Assembly: GCA_951406725.2 (NCBI GenBank)
Contig: OX597824.1
Coordinates: 73,656,001-73,720,000 of the forward strand
DNA: 64,000 bases
Direction: 5' to 3'
Origin: Octopus vulgaris
Lineage: Eukaryota
Below the pieces are notes generated by a model. The model saw only the letters and a program-made list of their open reading frames with translations, ran no database searches and was not told where the DNA came from. This document shows positions 39,906 through 53,106 of this stretch, in pieces; position 1 is the stretch's first letter, and every line of letters starts with the position of its first letter. The position numbers were made by a program, and so were the translations under genes.

Positions 39906-42355
39906 AAAAAAAAAAAAAAAAAGAGAAAAAGTACTGAAAGCATGTTTGTCTAATTCTCTATTGATCTACTGTCCCCTTTTAATATTAGTTTCAAATTTAG
40001 GCGCATGACCAGCAATTTTAAGGGAGAGCTAAGTTGGTTACATTGACCCCAATATTCAACTGGTACTTATTTTATTGACCCATCTGCTTTTAATGTTTGC
40101 ACATGGATAGAAAATTTAAAGGGGAATGTATTCAGTTGAATAAACAGACCTCAGTATATCACTGGTACTTGTTTTATCAACCACTGGAAGAATGAAGGGC
40201 AAAGGCGTGGTTGAATGGTTAAGAAGTTTGGTTTTCAACCTTGTGGTACCTGATTCAATCCTATTCTACAACACATTGTATAAGATTTTACTATTTTTAT
40301 TTTTTTTATCAAACCTTTAGGTTAAATGATACCTTATGAGTGAAATCTGGTGAATGGAAACTGTGTGGAAGCTCATAGTATGTGCTCTGGTTTTAGTTTG
40401 CAAATATTTTTTCCCTAATAGAAAAAAACTTGGTTTGAAATTCAAAACAAGACTCTTACTTTGGAATTTAGTCAAATCAGTGGGGTGGTCATGTACTTAT
40501 GCATACACATATTTTTTTCTTTTATCTTTTACTTTGTTTCAGTTATTAGACTCTGGCCATGCTGGGGCACTACCTTGAAGGATTTTAGCATTTTTAACCC
40601 TGGTAATTATTTTATTGGTCTTTTTTGCTGAAGCGTTAAGTTACAGGAACATGGAGGACAAAAACAGACACAAAGATACACACATAGATACATATTTATG
40701 CACACACATATACATATATATGTCGGGTTTCTTTCAGTTTCCATCTACCGAATCCATTCACAAGGCTTTGGTCAGCCTGAGGCTATTGTAGAAGAAACTT
40801 GCTCAAGGTACCATGCAGTAGGACTGAACCTGGAACCAGGTGGTTGGGAAGCAAGCTTCTTACTACACAACCACATCTGTGCCCATACATATGCATCATC
40901 ATCATTGTTTAATGTCCATTTTCCGTGCTAGCTCGGGTTGGACGGGATATATATATATATATATATATATATGCGTGTATGTATGTGCACTTGTATACAT
41001 ATGTGCAGTCATGGATTATCATAGCTATTTTCTATAGTGAAATTACTCTATTGTCAAAGCTATTCTACCCTGTTGTCATAACTATTTTCTACTGTGAAAT
41101 TACCCTGTTGCCATAGTTTATTTTCTACATTAAATTTACCCTGTTGTCATAGCTATTTTCTATTGTAAAATTACCATGTTGTTATGATTATTCTACCATC
41201 TGTCATTCAGATGGTAGAATATACACATGTTTATATGTGTGTATATGCACTTATCACATTCTAAATGTCTTGAATGTTTTACATAATTTACACAGTGTCT
41301 CCAATGACTTGTAGCTATAATTTTATAACTGGCCATGCTATTTCTGGCTTTGTAATGCCCATCTTCTCAAAATTATTGCTGAGGCTGTTAATTCTGCATT
41401 CAAGTGCTCCGATACTGTATTTTCTGATGTATAGAACACACTCTTATCTGGGACAAACCCCTATTTTTTTTTGAGGAAGGAAATTATATTTTGTGGAAAA
41501 AACAGATTTGATATGTTTCATCACTTGGTGTCCCATCTATAATACAGTTGCATTTGATGCATGGCAATTTTTTTGCTACGTGTGATCGTTACCAGCCTCA
41601 CCTTACTGGCACTTGTGCCCATGCTAGTAAGGTGCTAAGAGCACCATCCAAGCGTGATCGTTGCCAGGGCGGCTAACTGGCTTCTGTGCCGGTGGCATGT
41701 AAAAGGCACCATTCGAGCATGATCGTTACCAGCATCACCTTACTGGCACCTGTGCAGGTAGCATGTGTAAAAAGATTCGAGCGAGGTCGTTGCTAGTACC
41801 GCCTGACTGGCCCCTTGTGCCAGTGGCACGTAAAAATCACCCACTACACTCTCAGAGTGGTTGGCGTTAGGAAGGGCATCCAGCTGTAGAAACTCTGCCA
41901 GATCAAGATTGGAGCCTGGTGCAGCCATCTGGTTCGCCAGCCCTCATTCAAAATCGTCCAACCCATGCTAGCATGGAAAGCGGACGTTAAACAATGATGA
42001 TTTAAGAATAAAAAGTGTATCTTATACACTGCCATATGCAGTAAGTATGAATTTAACCCTTTAGCATTCAGACTACTCTGTCGAATGTGATGTTTTATCT
42101 ATTCACATTGTTTTGTATTAATCATGTATTATAGCTTTGAGATTTTGGTGATATGATTGTCTATTTTTAGGGTAGCATTGCAGGATAGGTATGAGAAACC
42201 AGATCTGGCCAGTTCGAACATAAAATAGGTGAAATATTTGGGCTGGGTATGGCTGGTTTAAATGCTAAAAACTTAAAGCTATAGTCTGGCTGGAGTAACT
42301 GCACATTTCTCATTACTTCAGAATGTTTTCTTTTTCACTCATCTTTAACATAATA

Positions 42356-42765
42356 CTAGCAGTATAGCCCGGCGTTGCTCGGGTTTGTTTTCTTTTCGAC
42401 CCTTTAGAATTGGAATTTTTGAAAAGTAAAAATTTTGCATAATGTAGCTTGTTATTCTTTTTAAGCAAAAATTTTTCTAGTTGAAATACACCGAAAAATG
42501 GCGACACAGCAGTCAAAACATCGTAAAAAATAGGGATTTTCATAGAAAAAAGCACCTTTTTGAAGTAAATAATTTTTGGTCTTAACATGGTCCGATTTTA
42601 ATTTTTTCCTTCTACGGAATGAAGAGCAAGCCTTCTTCTATCATACTGTCAATTTTGGTCAACTTGCGCTGCAGGGTCTCGGAGGAGATAGTGTCAGTTG
42701 AAGGCTACCAAACCTGCCACACAAACACACACACACACAGACAACTTCAGCTTTATATATAAAGA
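42356..42765 (-). mobile_element. Non-autonomous Helitron
   Basis: Minus strand A|TCTTTATATATAAAG ... CCCGAGCAACGCCGGG hairpin ... CTAG|T. Confidence 0.8.
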
Positions 42766-43471
42766 TTAACATCTGATGGGCAACAGATTTCCATTGTTGT
42801 TCATAATTTCTTTTCTCTGGTCTATTAAACTTGTATTTTGCTGAGGTTATTATTATTTGCTATCACTGCCTCTGACTCATGTTTGTATTGTTTTCCTGTC
42901 ACTTCACTTTAAATCTCACTCTTGGTTAACATCAGTCATGCAGAATTTTCTTGTTCTGCTGGTATTGGATTGCTTGATGTCCAGATACCAAGCCACATTC
43001 TACAACGTTATGTATCTAGTCTCTTTCTTATGGTTCTTGCTATGCCAAACAAACAGGTTTTCTGTCATGTCAGGAAATTCAGCCCAATATCCAATGTCTC
43101 TAACCAACCGTTTAAATTCCTTACAACTATGTGCCTGAGGCTTTTATTACAATTGGGATAGTAACAACTTCACTACATTTAAGGGTTCTCTGAAGTTTGT
43201 ATTGTAAGTTCTGCTATTTTTTGTCTTTTCTCGTGTTGTTTGTCTACTCTTGTATCAAATTATTATCATTATTATTACCACCATCATCATCATCATCATC
43301 GTGGTGAGCTGACAGTGTAGTCAAATTGCTGGGCAAAATTCCTAGCAGCATTTCAGCCTTTTGGGGGTCGATAAAATAAGTACCAGATGAGCACTGGGGT
43401 TGATATAATTGACTTGCATTTGCCTCCACAATTGCTGGTCTTGTGCCAAAATTGAAAACCATTATTATAAC

Positions 43472-43760
43472 TATTATTATTATTATTATTATTGTTAACT
43501 CTGGTTTTGTTTGAACTCCTGGAGCCTTGAATGCATAATGAGCTTCTTATCTGCAACCTATGGTACCATGCTATCTGTAAAACTTACCTGATTGTTCTGG
43601 CCATGCCAAGGATGTAAAACTTGTAACCATTCTGCTTGACACTCTATTCCCATTTCCTTCATATTCCTCTTGATGCCTTCTGATACTGTCACCAAGGACC
43701 CGACAATAATTGGCACTATCTTCACCTTCTTCATTTTCCACACTTCAGTCAAGTTATCTC
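43472..43760 (-). mobile_element. R4/Dong-like (restriction-like endonuclease) LINE C-terminal fragment within (TAA)n
   Basis: VWKMKKVKIVPIIVGSLVTVSEGIKRNMKEMGI resembles the R4/Dong C-terminus; (TAA)n on both sides. Confidence 0.6.
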
Positions 43761-43761
43761 A

Positions 43762-43799
<38 letters not shown>

Positions 43800-43800
<1 letters not shown>

Positions 43801-44277
43801 CTGAAGTCATTAGAGTAGTGGATTGGCAAAATCAATAGAACATCAGACAAAATACCCTGAGGCATTTATTCCAATTTTTGTATGTACTGAGGTCAAATCC
43901 CACCCAAAGTCAGCTTTGCCTTCCATCTCTTAGGAGTCAATAAAATAAAGTACCAGTCATCTGCTGGGGTTCAATGGTATCAACTAACACCCTCCTCTCA
44001 AAATTTTGGTTCTATGCCAAAATCACAAAAAAATATATATTTATTAGAAATCATAAGATGTGAATCTGCAGAATAGTTAGTATGTCAAACAAAATGTAGT
44101 ATGGTATTTATTCCGATTTGTTTTTTTACGTACTGAGTTCGAATCCTACTGAAGCAAACTTTGCTTTACATTCCTCTGGGGTTGATAAAATGAAGTACAT
44201 GTCAAAAACTAGCGCCGATGGTATTGACTAACTTCTTCCCCTCAAAATTGCTGGCCTTGTGCCAAAAATTAGAAAGA

Positions 44278-44310
<33 letters not shown>

Positions 44311-44791
44311 TAAGGCAGCAAGCTGGCAGAATCATTAGCACGTTGGACAAAATACATTCTGAGTTCAAATTCTGCCACGGTCGACTTTGCCTTTCATGCT
44401 TTTGGGATTGCTAAATTAAGTACCAGTGATACACTGGGGTCGATGTAATTGACTAGACCCCACCTTGCAAATTTCAGGTCTTGTGTCTATAGTAGAAAGG
44501 ATTATTATTATTATTATTGCCTATAGTAGAAAGGATTATTATTATTATTATTATTGTTATTATTGTTGTTGTTGTTTAAGGCAGTGAGGTGGCAGAAATG
44601 TTAGAGTGCTGAGCAAAATGCTTAACAGCATTTCATTCATCTTTACGTTCTGAGTTCAAATTCCACTGCAGTTGACTTTGCCTTTCATCCTTTCAGGGTC
44701 AATAAATTAAGTACCAGTGAAACACAGGGATCGATGTAGTTGACTACTCCTCTCTTCCCAAATTTCAGGCCTTGTGCTTATAGTAGAAAGG

Positions 44792-44837
<46 letters not shown>

Positions 44838-45045
44838 GTTAGGGCAATGGATTGGCCGAATCATTAGAGCATTGAAAAAGAAAATGCCTTTACATTCTCC
44901 TTACATTCTATGTTTCAATCCCACCTAGATCAACTTTGCCTTTTCTTCCCTCTGGGGTTGAGAAAAATAAAGTACCAGTCGAGTATTGAATACAAATTAA
45001 ATTCAGTTTAACAAAATGGTTGACCTTGTGCCTCAATTAGAAACA

Positions 45046-45101
<56 letters not shown>

Positions 45102-45560
45102 GGTGACAAAGCTGGCAGAATTGTTAGCATGCCGGGCGAAATGCTTTGTGGTATTTCGCCTGCCGCTACATTCTGAGTTCAAATTCCGCCGAGGTCAACT
45201 TTGCCTTTCATCCTTTCGGGGTCGATTAAATAAATACCAGTTACACACTGGGGTCGATATAATCGACTTAATCCATTTGTTTGTCCTCTCTGTGTTTAGC
45301 CCCTTGTGGGTAGTAAAGAAATAGGTATTTCGCCTATCACTAGGTTTTGAGTTCAAATTCCACCGAGGTCGATTTTGCCTTTCAGGGTCGATAAATTAAG
45401 TACCAGTTACTCACTGGGGTCGATGTAACTGACCAGCCCCTTCCCCCAAAATTTCAGGCCTTGTGCCTATTGTATTATTATTATTATTATTATTACTATT
45501 ATTATTACTATTGTTGTTGTTATTCTCTGCACTATTCTGAGTTGAATCTCACCAGTATTG
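43800..45560 (+). repeat. Head-to-tail train of family-B SINEs separated by (TTA)n
   Basis: At least seven same-orientation copies of differing divergence; a similar train at ~10170-11420. Confidence 0.8.
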
Positions 45561-46118
45561 ACTTTGCCTTTTATCCAAAGTAATGATATCAATATTATGG
45601 CTTTATTTAAGCAACTATTTTCCAAGTCTTGTGTTCATTATGTCTGTCTGTTTGTCTGACTGATTGATCAATCAATCAATCGATTGTTTGTTGCGATTTT
45701 TTGTTGTTTTTTTTTTTATTGATATCAAGTTTTAATAATTATATAACAGTGTTTCCTTCCAGGTCCTTTACTACAAACAAAAAAAATAAAAATGGAAAAA
45801 TAACAAACAAACAGAAATATAATTAAAAAAAAAAGATCAAAACTTCAACAAAAAAGTTTTTAAAAAAATATTATATATATACATGGTTCGAAATAAATAA
45901 AAAAAACTTAATTGAAAAAAAAAAATGAAAAGAAAATGTTTGCAGATAAATTTTGTTGTGTTTTTTTTTTTATTATTATTTGGTCTGAATTAATTATTCA
46001 TTTTCCTTGTATTTTATCCCAACACCGAGGACAATGAGGGCCATTAGGTCATCCTTGAAGGATGACTGATGACTTGTGTGGTTCTCAACCATTTCCAGAT
46101 GATTGATGACTGATGGAT

Positions 46119-46350
46119 AGGGCGGCGAGCTGGCAGAAGCGTTAGCACGCCGGGCAAAATGCTTTGTGGTATTTCGTCTGCCGCTGCGTTCTGAGTTCAA
46201 ATTCTGCCGAGGTCGACTTACTTTTCATCCTTTCGGGGTCGATAAATTAAGTACCTGTGACATACTGGGGTCGATGTAATCGACTTAATCCGTTTGTCTG
46301 TACTTGTTTGTCCCCTCTATGTTTAGCCCCTTGTGGGCAATAAAGAAATA
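46119..46350 (+). mobile_element. tRNA-derived SINE family B, representative copy. Others at ~3080, 6378, 33604 (+) and ~1321, 20800, 34655 (-)
   Basis: GGCGGCGAGCTGGCAGAA...GAGTTCAAATTC...GTCGACTTTGCCTTTCATCCTTTCGGGGTCGATAAATTAAGTACC core repeated many times. Confidence 0.9.
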
Positions 46351-46594
46351 GATTGTTGACTGATGGTTCTCAGCCATTTTTTTACCAATGGACCCCTTCG
46401 ACTACTATTTTATTCTGGTGGAACCCCATCGCCATTCAATGTTTAAAGCTAGTTTAATAGATAATTCTTTCAAAATTCCTCTTTTGTTTTTCACATATTC
46501 ACTTGTATAGGTTTACAATAGAACTCTTTGAGAGACCATGTTTCAGTTCCCAGAAATATGTTAACCTATGTAAAACATTAGAGAAAGAAATCTA

Positions 46595-46793
46595 TGAAGG
46601 GGTGCTGAAAAGTTCCTGGCTTTAAGTGTATCACGAAAGGCCTGGTTGGAGGTCCAAACTTCCGAGTTCTTTCACAGGGTTGCTGCAGTAAATGTGTGAA
46701 TCTGAGAGAGGAATATGTTGAAAAAAATCTTAATTAACCGATCCTTCTGTATTTTCTTTTACCCAAAGCCAGGAAATTTTCAGCATCCCCTTA
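46595..46793. mobile_element. Small mariner-type MITE
   Basis: TA|tgaaggggtgctgaaaagttcctggcttt ... aaagccaggaaattttcagcatcccctta. Confidence 0.7.
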
Positions 46794-49649
46794 CACAGAT
46801 GATGATAAAATAAAGTAACAATCATGAACTGAAGTGAATGATATCAACTAGCCTCTTCCTCTGCTTTCTTCTTCTCATTATTGTTGGCAGAATCACTAGC
46901 ATGCTGGGCAAAATGCTTAGCCAAGGTTGACTTAGCCTTTCATCCTTTCAAGGCCGACTTAGCCTTTCATCCTTTCAAGGCCAATAAATTAAGTACCAGT
47001 GAAACACTGTGGCCGTTGTGATTGATTTGTTCCCTCCCCCAAGTTTCAGGCCCTATGACTTTAGTAGAAAGGATTATTATTATTATTATTGAGTGAGAGA
47101 GCAGTGTATACCGTCAAAGTGACACTGGGGTACAAATATACGCAACCCAATATACCCATCATGACCACCTGTGTGATAAGAGTACACTTGGCACATGCAC
47201 CACAACCATATGGGTGTGACATGGTGCTTTCATATTATAATAAACAACACATTATTGTTCATCATCATCGTTTAACGTCTGGTCTCCATGCCAGCATGGG
47301 TTGGATGGTTTGACCGGGGATCTGGGAAGCCAGAAGGCTGCACCAGGCTCCAGTCTGATCTGGCAGTGTTTCTACAGCTGGATGGCCTTCCTAACGCCAA
47401 CCACTCCGTGAGTGTAGTGGATGCTTTTACGTGCTACCTGCACAGGTGCCAGGCGAGGCTGGCAACGACCACGATCGGATTGGTGCATTTTACGTGCCAC
47501 CGGCACGGAAGCCAGTCGAGGCTACGCTGGCATCGGCCACGATTCGGATAATGTGATAAACAACACATTATTGTTATTATTATTAAGGCTGTTATTATTA
47601 TTATTGAGCTGGCAGAATTGCTAGCACATTGGGACAAAATGCTCAGCAGCATGTCTTTTTGTACCACTAAAGTAGTCTTTGGTTAGTTTGAACTCCATTG
47701 GAAGAGATATGATAGTAATTTTAGTTGATTGTCAAAAATATTTTGGAAGTGTTGTACTTTTCTGGCAAGTGGTTAAATCTGAGATCTATGTGTTAATATT
47801 AATTATTAGCCATTCAAAGAAACATACTTTGTCGTTCCTTCCATTAACAGTTCCTTATACAGTTTAAGCCAATCCTTCTTAGTGTCTCTGTTCTGTTGTT
47901 ATGGACTGATAGATTCTCTTTTTTTGAAGCCATGAATGCTTAATTCTGCTGTACTGTACAATGCTAAATTTGTTCCCCATTGAGAGAAGGAAGGAAGAGA
48001 GAGAGAAAACATGAATTTCAACCAGCAGCCAAATTAACCAACCAACTATGAGTACCAGCCAGGCAATGACAACTGGAATGACCTATTTAAATGAGGAAAA
48101 AAAATTATATTTAAAACTCTGAAGCCTATCTACAGTGACCAACAGCCTCATCTCAGAACAGTTGCAGTGGAACTATTTCAGATTGGGTTGCAGTTAATGC
48201 AATGGTCATCTTGAAACCAAATAATAATTGACTAAGTGGAGTTAAGAATTTTTATGTGTTTTTGAATGGCTAATATTGTTGTCAAAGATATATTACAAAA
48301 TTATAGTTTACAATAACTATATAGATAGGTGCAGGAGTGGCTGTGTGGTAAGTAGCTTGCTTACCAACCACATGGTTCCGGGTTCATTCCCACTGCGTGG
48401 CACCTTGGGCAAGTGTCTTCCACTATAGCCTTGGGCCGACCAAAGCTTTGTGAGTGGATTTGGTAGACAAGCTGAAAGAAGCCTATCGTATATATGTATA
48501 TATATATATGTGTGTGTGTGTGTTTGTGAGTCTGTGTTTGTCCCCCAAACATCGCTTGACAACCAATGCTGGTGTGTTTATGTCCCTGTAACTTAGTGGT
48601 TCAGCAAAAAGAGACCAATAGAATAAGTACTAGGCTTACAAGGAATAAGTCCCGGGGTCGATTTGCTCGACTAAAGGCGGTGCTCCAGCATGGCCGCAGT
48701 CAAATGACTGAAACAAGTAAAAGAGTAATAACAGCTTTGTCACAGATAACAGGTTTATGTTATAGGTGTTGCTTGTTTAACCCAATCTTTCTCATACGTT
48801 CAGCAAGCCTCTCCTAAACCTTTAGCACACTGTAGGTGCATCATGTTATTGTATGAGTTTTCTTCCCTCACCATTCGACACAATGTGCCTGCAGCTACAA
48901 GGGAGAAAACTCATACAGCGATATGATGTGCCTACGAGTGCTAATGGAAAAGATACGAAGGTTGGAAAAGAGGTAACCTGACCACTCTCACCCTCTTTTC
49001 TAAAATGTGAGTATCTATGTAGCTCATCTGCAGCTCTACAGCACAAAATCTGTTTTGCTCTGATCCCTTCTCTCATACTTTAACCTTTTGTCTCGCAGTA
49101 TAAAGCTGCCTCTCTCAGGGATCATAGTTTTGCAAGCTGCTTTACGACCTCACTCGTGATGGTGGCATGAAAAAAAGCATTTGGTACATGCTGTAAAGAA
49201 GTTGGTGATAGGAAGGGAATCTAGTTGTAGAAACAATGTCAAAGCAGACAGCATAATACAATGCAGTCCTTTCACCTGTTGGGTCCTAAGCTGGCACTCA
49301 TTATAACCAGCTGAGTGAACTGGAGCAATGTGAAATAAAGTGTCTTGCTCAAGGTCACAATCTGCTACTGGGAATTGAACTCATGAGCTGAATATCCTAA
49401 CTGCTAAGTCATATGCATTCCCTGTCAGATCCTATCAAACTGTCCAAGCCATGCCAGCATGGAACATGCTCATTAAATAATAATAATAATAATAATGATG
49501 ATGATGACGATGACAACGACGACGACGACAATGATGATGATGATGATGACAACCACAATGATGCAGCCACCACCAATAATGAATGAAATAAAGATGGTTT
49601 TGAACTTTTAAAAAACATGTCCAGCATCATGAGAAAGAGAGAAGAATTA

Positions 49650-50214
49650 TTGGGTTGTCCGGAAAGTTTTTGCCGATTTATAGTAGCTTACCTTTCGACT
49701 TATTTTAGAACATGGTTGAGTCCATAAAATAGGATTTGACTACACCTCCATTTAGAGCACAGTTTAAGATATCTTTTCATGGAAGAAGGTTTATGTTCCT
49801 ATAACCTGTGTTAATTCTGTAACCCTTTAAAATGGAAGATAAGAAAGTTCATTTTCGGCATTGATGCTTTGGGAACCAGACAAAAATTGCTGCAGCTTGG
49901 CTGGGATGTGTTACCCCACCCTCCATATTCACCAGATACTGCTCCTTTGGATTTCCACTTATTCAGGTCTCTGCAGAATAGTCTTAATGGTAAAAATTTC
50001 AATTCCTTGGATGACGTAAAAAGATACCTTGATGAATTCTTTGCCTTGAAACCACTTCAGTTCTGAGAAGAGGGTATTTTCAAGTTTAAGGAAAGATGGA
50101 GATGCATTGTGCAACAAAATGGTTCATATTTGGTTAATTAAAAATGTAATAGCAAGTATTTATTGACCTTTTTCTTTCCTTTAAAAATAGGTACGAACTT
50201 TCCGGATAACCCAA
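49650..50214 (+). mobile_element. Internally deleted mariner
   Basis: TA|TTGGGTTGTCCGGAAAGTT ... AACTTTCCGGATAACCCAA|TA; MEDKKVHFRH joined to LGWDVLPHPPYSPDTAPLDFHLFRSLQN. Confidence 0.9.
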
Positions 50215-50319
50215 TATATGGATGTAAACTTTTTTTTTTCTTAATGAAGAGAAGGAAGGGATAAAAATTTCCTGAATAATTCTGTGCCAGTGGGCAGCAG
50301 GTATTTGTCAAATTTTTTT

Positions 50320-50925
50320 CTACTCTAGGCACAAAGCCCGAAATTTTGTGGGGAGGGGCCAGTTGATTAGATCGACCCCTGTATGCAACTAATACTTATT
50401 TAATCGACTCCGAAAGGATGAAAGGCAAAGTTGACCTTGGCGGAATTTGAACTCAGAACGTAACAGCAGATGAAATACCTATTTCTTTACTACCCACAAG
50501 GGGCTAAATACAGAGGGGACAAACAAGGACAGACAAGCGATTAAGTCGATTACATCGACCCCAGTGCGTAACTGGTACTTATTTAATCGACCCCAAAAGG
50601 ATGAAAAGCAAAGTCGACCTCGGCGGAATTTGAACTCAGAACGTAACGGCAGACAAAATACCGCTAAGCATTTCGCCAGTCGTGCTAACGTCTCTTATTT
50701 CTTTATTGCCCACAAGGGGCTACACACAGAGGAGACAAACAAGGACAGACAGACAGATTAAGTCGATTATATCGACCTCAGTGCGTAACTAGTACTTATT
50801 TAATCGCCCCGAAAGGATGAAAGGCAAAGTTGACCTCGGCGGAATTTGAACTCAGAATGTAGCGGCAGACGAAATGCCGCTAAGCATTTCGCCTGGTGTG
50901 CTAACGTTTCTGCCAGTGCGCCGCC
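50320..50925 (-). repeat. Tandem multimer of family-B SINE segments
   Basis: aaggatgaaaggcaaagt(c/t)gacct(c/t)ggcggaatttgaactcagaa recurs three times at ~185-220-bp spacing. Confidence 0.8.
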
Positions 50926-51606
50926 TTTGTCAAATGGCAAATCAATGGTTGAATTCCATATCAATCTTGACCAAGCAGACATAAAGGTATTCCAGCTAGG
51001 AATAACTTATTTTGTTTTTAAGTGTCTTTGTAATTACATTATCTAATGGGTTCTTAACTATTTTTAAGATAGTAGGGAGTGATTTAAGGATCCAACAACC
51101 ACATACAGGTTCCTTCATTATCCCTCAAAATTTATCTTAAATATATTCTTTAATCCGAAGTAGCCAATATCGAAGTAACATAACTCTTTAACAATGTATG
51201 GTGGAATTATGTCCCTTGTTCTGTTATTGCCAACTGAGTGAAGTATTTATTACTAAGCAGTCGAAATGAATTTTGCAATCTTTAGTATTATGCATCACTG
51301 AACAAAATGCATTATTCGTTTTGGCTCTAGTCTATCCGACTAGTAAAATTAGATATATTTGTTTCATTTAATTGTGAAAATAACGAAGTTAGCAAAATAA
51401 TTTTGTCATTTTTTAATCTAGTGTGTGGAACAAATTATTTTGAAATTTTGATCTAATCACTTCTAAAACAATAAGTTTACAATAGAACCAGAGGTGCCTT
51501 GATATGTGTGTTGGTATCAAAAGATTTAGGAAAATTAATGGAATTCTGCTTTAAACACGCCACGTAACCCTTCATAACTGGTTTATTTTTTAGAACTTTT
51601 AGAAAA

Positions 51607-51886
51607 TACAGTTCTATATTTAAGAGATGAGGAATTGTGTACATTATCTACATTATTTACATTTGACGGATATTTGTCCTCATTTTGTTTGTTATTAACA
51701 CAACATTTCGGCTGATATACCCTCCAGCCTTCATCAGGTGTTTTGGGGAAATTTCGAACCAGGGTTCTCATTCCTAAGGTATTTTTCGATATCATTATTA
51801 TTATTATTATTCAGGTCACTCCCTGGAATTGAACTCGGTATCTTGGGGTTAGTAGCCTGCGCTCTTAACCACTATGCCATATGACC
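51607..51886 (-). mobile_element. tRNA-headed SINE-like element containing a hammerhead ribozyme motif
   Basis: 73-nt tRNA-like head (A box TGGCATAGTGG, B box GTTCAATTC, acceptor-like stem GGTCAT/GTGACC), then an (AAT)n linker, then a body containing the hammerhead core. Confidence 0.75.
51697..51742 (-). ncRNA. Minimal type I hammerhead ribozyme motif (Penelope-like type)
   Basis: AACAC-CTGATGA-A-GGCTG(gagggtatat)CAGCC-GAAA-TG-T-T-GTGTT: stem I 5 bp, stem II 5 bp, loopless stem III. Confidence 0.75.
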
Positions 51887-51899
51887 GTAAGCCAAAAAA

Positions 51900-52421
51900 A
51901 ATGTCAATATTGACGAATTTTCTGAGAGACCTACAACCAGCAGAACTGAGGAAAACATCACAGATATGTGTGCAGCTGTGAGGGGAAATCTGTGAGTTAT
52001 CAGAGGATGTGCAGATTAGTTACGGTTCAGTTCAGTGAATTATCCCTGAAGATTTAGGTATGAGACGTGTGTCTGCCAAGTCTGTGCCAAAACTGCTTTC
52101 AGCTGACCAAGAAGACACTCAGGTTTCAGTTGCACAAGAACAATAAAAACTTATTGAAAACTTTGCATAGGCCTCTGCACAGCTATTGCTAAGCTTTTGG
52201 CAAAATTTAATACAGAGTCTCTGCTCAACTTCCTCTGTCATGGTCAATGCAACGATAACATGTTACACACCTTTTTCCAAGCACTTCTATAAACAGCAGA
52301 AGTGAGCTAGAATGTTAAAACTTAGTGCACCTGCACAGCAGAATTCAAGGTCAACCTGTGCCAAGTGCTTTGGCTTCATTACTATGGCAACAGTCCGGAT
52401 ACTTATTGATCAGACCATGTA
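51900..52421 (+). mobile_element. Decayed mariner fragment
   Basis: RPTTSRTEENI and EDLGMRRVSAKSVPKLLSADQ; TIR-like end cagtccggatacttattgatcagaccatg-TA. Confidence 0.7.
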
Positions 52422-52783
52422 TTTTCAAAAATGGTCACTATTTTATAAAATCTATATTAGCTAAGCAAATGTCCTTTCCTAAATGCATTAAAAGCATTTT
52501 AACATAATCTGACCACTATTTCAGAAAATTATCACTGTTCTCTTTGACCATATAAAAGATAAATTTGGCTAGGGAAAATTGAGTAACAAAAGATAATCTA
52601 AATTTGCCACTTCAGTTCTCAAGAAAACAGACTCATACACATCCCTAGACATCAGAAAGATCAGAAATATAAAAAGAAATTTTAAATATCCAGGTCAGAT
52701 GAAAGAGGGTCAGGGGAAATTAACAAAACTTGACTAAATAAAAAAACTCAACATAAAATATTCTCTATAACTTTTACATGGTC

Positions 52784-53106
52784 TCATCATCATCATTGTT
52801 CGACCGTGGTCGAGACAATGGAATTTACCATGCTACACCAGACTTCACGGTCCATCATGGCATTACGGAGGTCCTGTTGCTGGATGCCTGTATCCCTGGA
52901 GATTACATCAGGGTAGGAGAGTGTGTGCCCTCTGGTATTGCGAGTAGATGGCTTCCAGAGGAGAAGAGTAGAAATTACTTCTTTTTCAGCTCTACAACAA
53001 TGTCCAGCAAACTGGACTCTCCTACCTTTCACAAGAGATAACACAGGTGGTAGTTTCCCATATATTTGCATTTTGGTTGGGTGGCGCTTCCACGAGAGAT
53101 TGAGTG
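52784..53106 (-). mobile_element. 5'-truncated RTE-like LINE 3' end
   Basis: LNLSWKRHPTK..RRVQFAGHCCR..LLLWKP..AMMDREVW, with the stop running into a (TGA)n tail. Confidence 0.8.
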
